Positions 62,389-64,000 of a stretch of 64,000 nucleotides of DNA are shown here, piece by piece. The stretch lies in the NCBI RefSeq assembly GCF_947568905.1, contig NC_079170.1, positions 44,020,001-44,084,000 of the forward strand, read 5' to 3'. Made by a program: the position numbers and the translations under genes. Numbering within the stretch: the first letter of the stretch is position 1; each line of letters starts with the position of its first letter. The stretch is from Ostrea edulis. Lineage: Eukaryota. The notes under the pieces were generated by a model that saw nothing but the letters and a program-made list of their open reading frames with translations, had not been told where the DNA came from and did not search any database.

Positions 62389-62979
62389 TGACATTTTAGC
62401 AATATTTTAGTTTCTGACAATACATCAGAGTACGACCAGCAATGCTCCGCGCCAGGATAATTTTCATGAAAATAAAGTCTATTTCTTAAATGTATGAATA
62501 AAATGTTTTGTGTCTAATACGAAAACAAATCCCAGCATTCCCTGCAATATATATACATGTATATCAATAAAGATGTAAAACAACAACTACTTACTGATTG
62601 TAATAATACTGGGTATCGGCGTAGTAATAGCAATAGTAGTAACTAGAATACGAAACACAGTTACTACCACATCGGACTGGAACAAAACCTAAATCATAAA
62701 CAGACATTAAATGGAGAAAACATCCCACAATTTTTAAAATGATTTTTCAGGCTAATTTTTATTTTAAAATTCGGAGTATTTACCAAATTAACAACATTAT
62801 AACAAAATGTAGTTTTCACTATTGCAATTAATGATGATGAAGATGATGGTTATTATGATTATGAAATGGTGAGGATGAGGATTATATTGATGATGGTGAT
62901 GGTGATCATGCTTACAGTTGATCACAACAAACAATGTTATAACGGAGATCCATCGTGCAGATAAATCCTTGTTCTCCAT
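61486..62979 (-). CDS. Paralogue D: CYYR1/Shisa-like single-pass membrane protein with octapeptide-repeat tail (211 aa)
   Basis: Exons (-): 62979-62916 MENKDLSARWISVITLFVVIN; 62688-62595 CFVPVRCGSNCVSYSSYYYCYYYADTQYYYN; 62119-61953 HVEFIGRIVGGVVGGVAGLAIFMCSMTIMIVKVCKKTNHERTIVHPAQPPVFHINT; 61796-61486 AQNTSGESEGQRLAACQHD...QRELILAN-stop. GT-AG introns, phases 1/2/1, intact ORF. Confidence 0.85.
62347..62385. repeat. (AT)n microsatellite in gene D intron 2
   Basis: Direct reading. Confidence 0.95.
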
Positions 62980-64000
62980 CGCCAGTGTTTTCAAAACAAC
63001 AACTCTAAAAATGACGCTTATTTTCGTATGAACGACGACCTTCGTCTTTCTACACAGATGTGGTATTGTTACACGAGGATACGTTTTATACCCTTATATG
63101 CTCGGAACCACCTTGTGTTGATAGATATTAGAATAAAAATTATCATTGATGTAAATGTAGGTAATGAATATTCATATCAGAGATATTGTTTTGGCGAAAA
63201 TAAACTCTGAAGGGGTTTTAAACATTCCAGAATTAGAATTGTCGGTCTTCTGAATTTCATTTCATAATCATCATGTCTGTTTCCAGAATACGATCATACA
63301 TTAACCATGAAGGAATGGCTTTAATTCTGGGGTAAAGTATACGAGTATAATCAGGTTTCGGGTCCGTTTACACATTATAAAAAGCGTAAACAGACACCCC
63401 CAAAACCTCCAGATTATACTCGTATGATATGCACCAGAAGGATAGCTATTCTTTATGATTTATTGAAAAAGACAAAAATACTTATCTTCGTTTATCAAAC
63501 TGTACATAAACTCTGAAAAATACAAGTCAATTGTGCCGTGCAATGATTCACCTATCAACCACAACGAAACGTCTAGCTTTGAAGGCAGTCATTTTAGTTC
63601 TATGATGCCTATTTATCAAAATTGTAGATGTAGTTATTGAAGATGAATGCGCAAGTAATGCGTATTTTGCTTTTCTTTAAAGATCGACTTTGGAGTCGCT
63701 CAGTTCTGACAGACTGAGATATTACGGGAAATTGTATTGTTTAGGCCTACTCCAAAATAGTCTTGAAATATCAGAAAACATCAGAATAATTTGCAGTTCT
63801 TAATTTATGAAAATATCTACCTGAAAACGTACCTCTGCATGCAACATTGTTGCTAATAATACATCCAACATAAGAAAATATTTATAAGCAAGTGGCAAAT
63901 CGCAATCTATAGGACGAGATATAATAAAATATGACACATGGAAGGTGGGAGATAACGAACAGTGATCAATCTCATGATTTGTTGGCTTTGTTAAGAAGCA

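Larger units (their letters stand above)
30245..64000. repeat. Three-unit tandem segmental duplication; units start near 30245, 48150 and 59560, each with one B/C/D gene
   Basis: Collinear homology 30.25-33.7 kb = 48.15-52.7 kb = 59.56-64 kb, and 43.5-48.1 kb = 52.8-59.6 kb (with a 2.9-kb insert at ~53630-56530). Confidence 0.85.

Overview
AT-rich animal genomic DNA. The repeat landscape (HINE/Helentron-type elements, TACATGTA, Penelope-like and CR1/L2 debris) points to an oyster or other bivalve; this is an inference. The left part (546-16749, +) is a complete 19-exon ATG7 gene that I spliced by hand to 694 aa with all GT-AG introns. Its catalytic-Cys exon (12598-12713) lies between tandem arrays of its own acceptor (63 bp) and its own donor (61 bp). 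The right part holds four unannotated 4-exon paralogues on the - strand (A 24.9-26.0 kb, B 31.7-32.9 kb, C 49.6-51.1 kb, D 61.5-63.0 kb). They encode tiny CYYR1/Shisa-like single-pass membrane proteins: signal peptide, a ~30-aa Cys/Tyr/Ser-rich and highly variable ectodomain, a conserved GxxxG TM helix, and a tail that is either PPxY (A) or octapeptide Q/G/S repeats (B-D). B, C and D sit in a three-unit tandem segmental duplication that also carries fossil Polinton/Maverick DNA polymerase B, LINE and Penelope-like fragments. Other elements: tRNA-Thr-containing TRIM LTR elements, hAT, Tc1/mariner and TTAA-type MITEs, HINEs, a 5.3-kb TIR element and several satellites. No CRISPR, rRNA or intact tRNA gene was seen.
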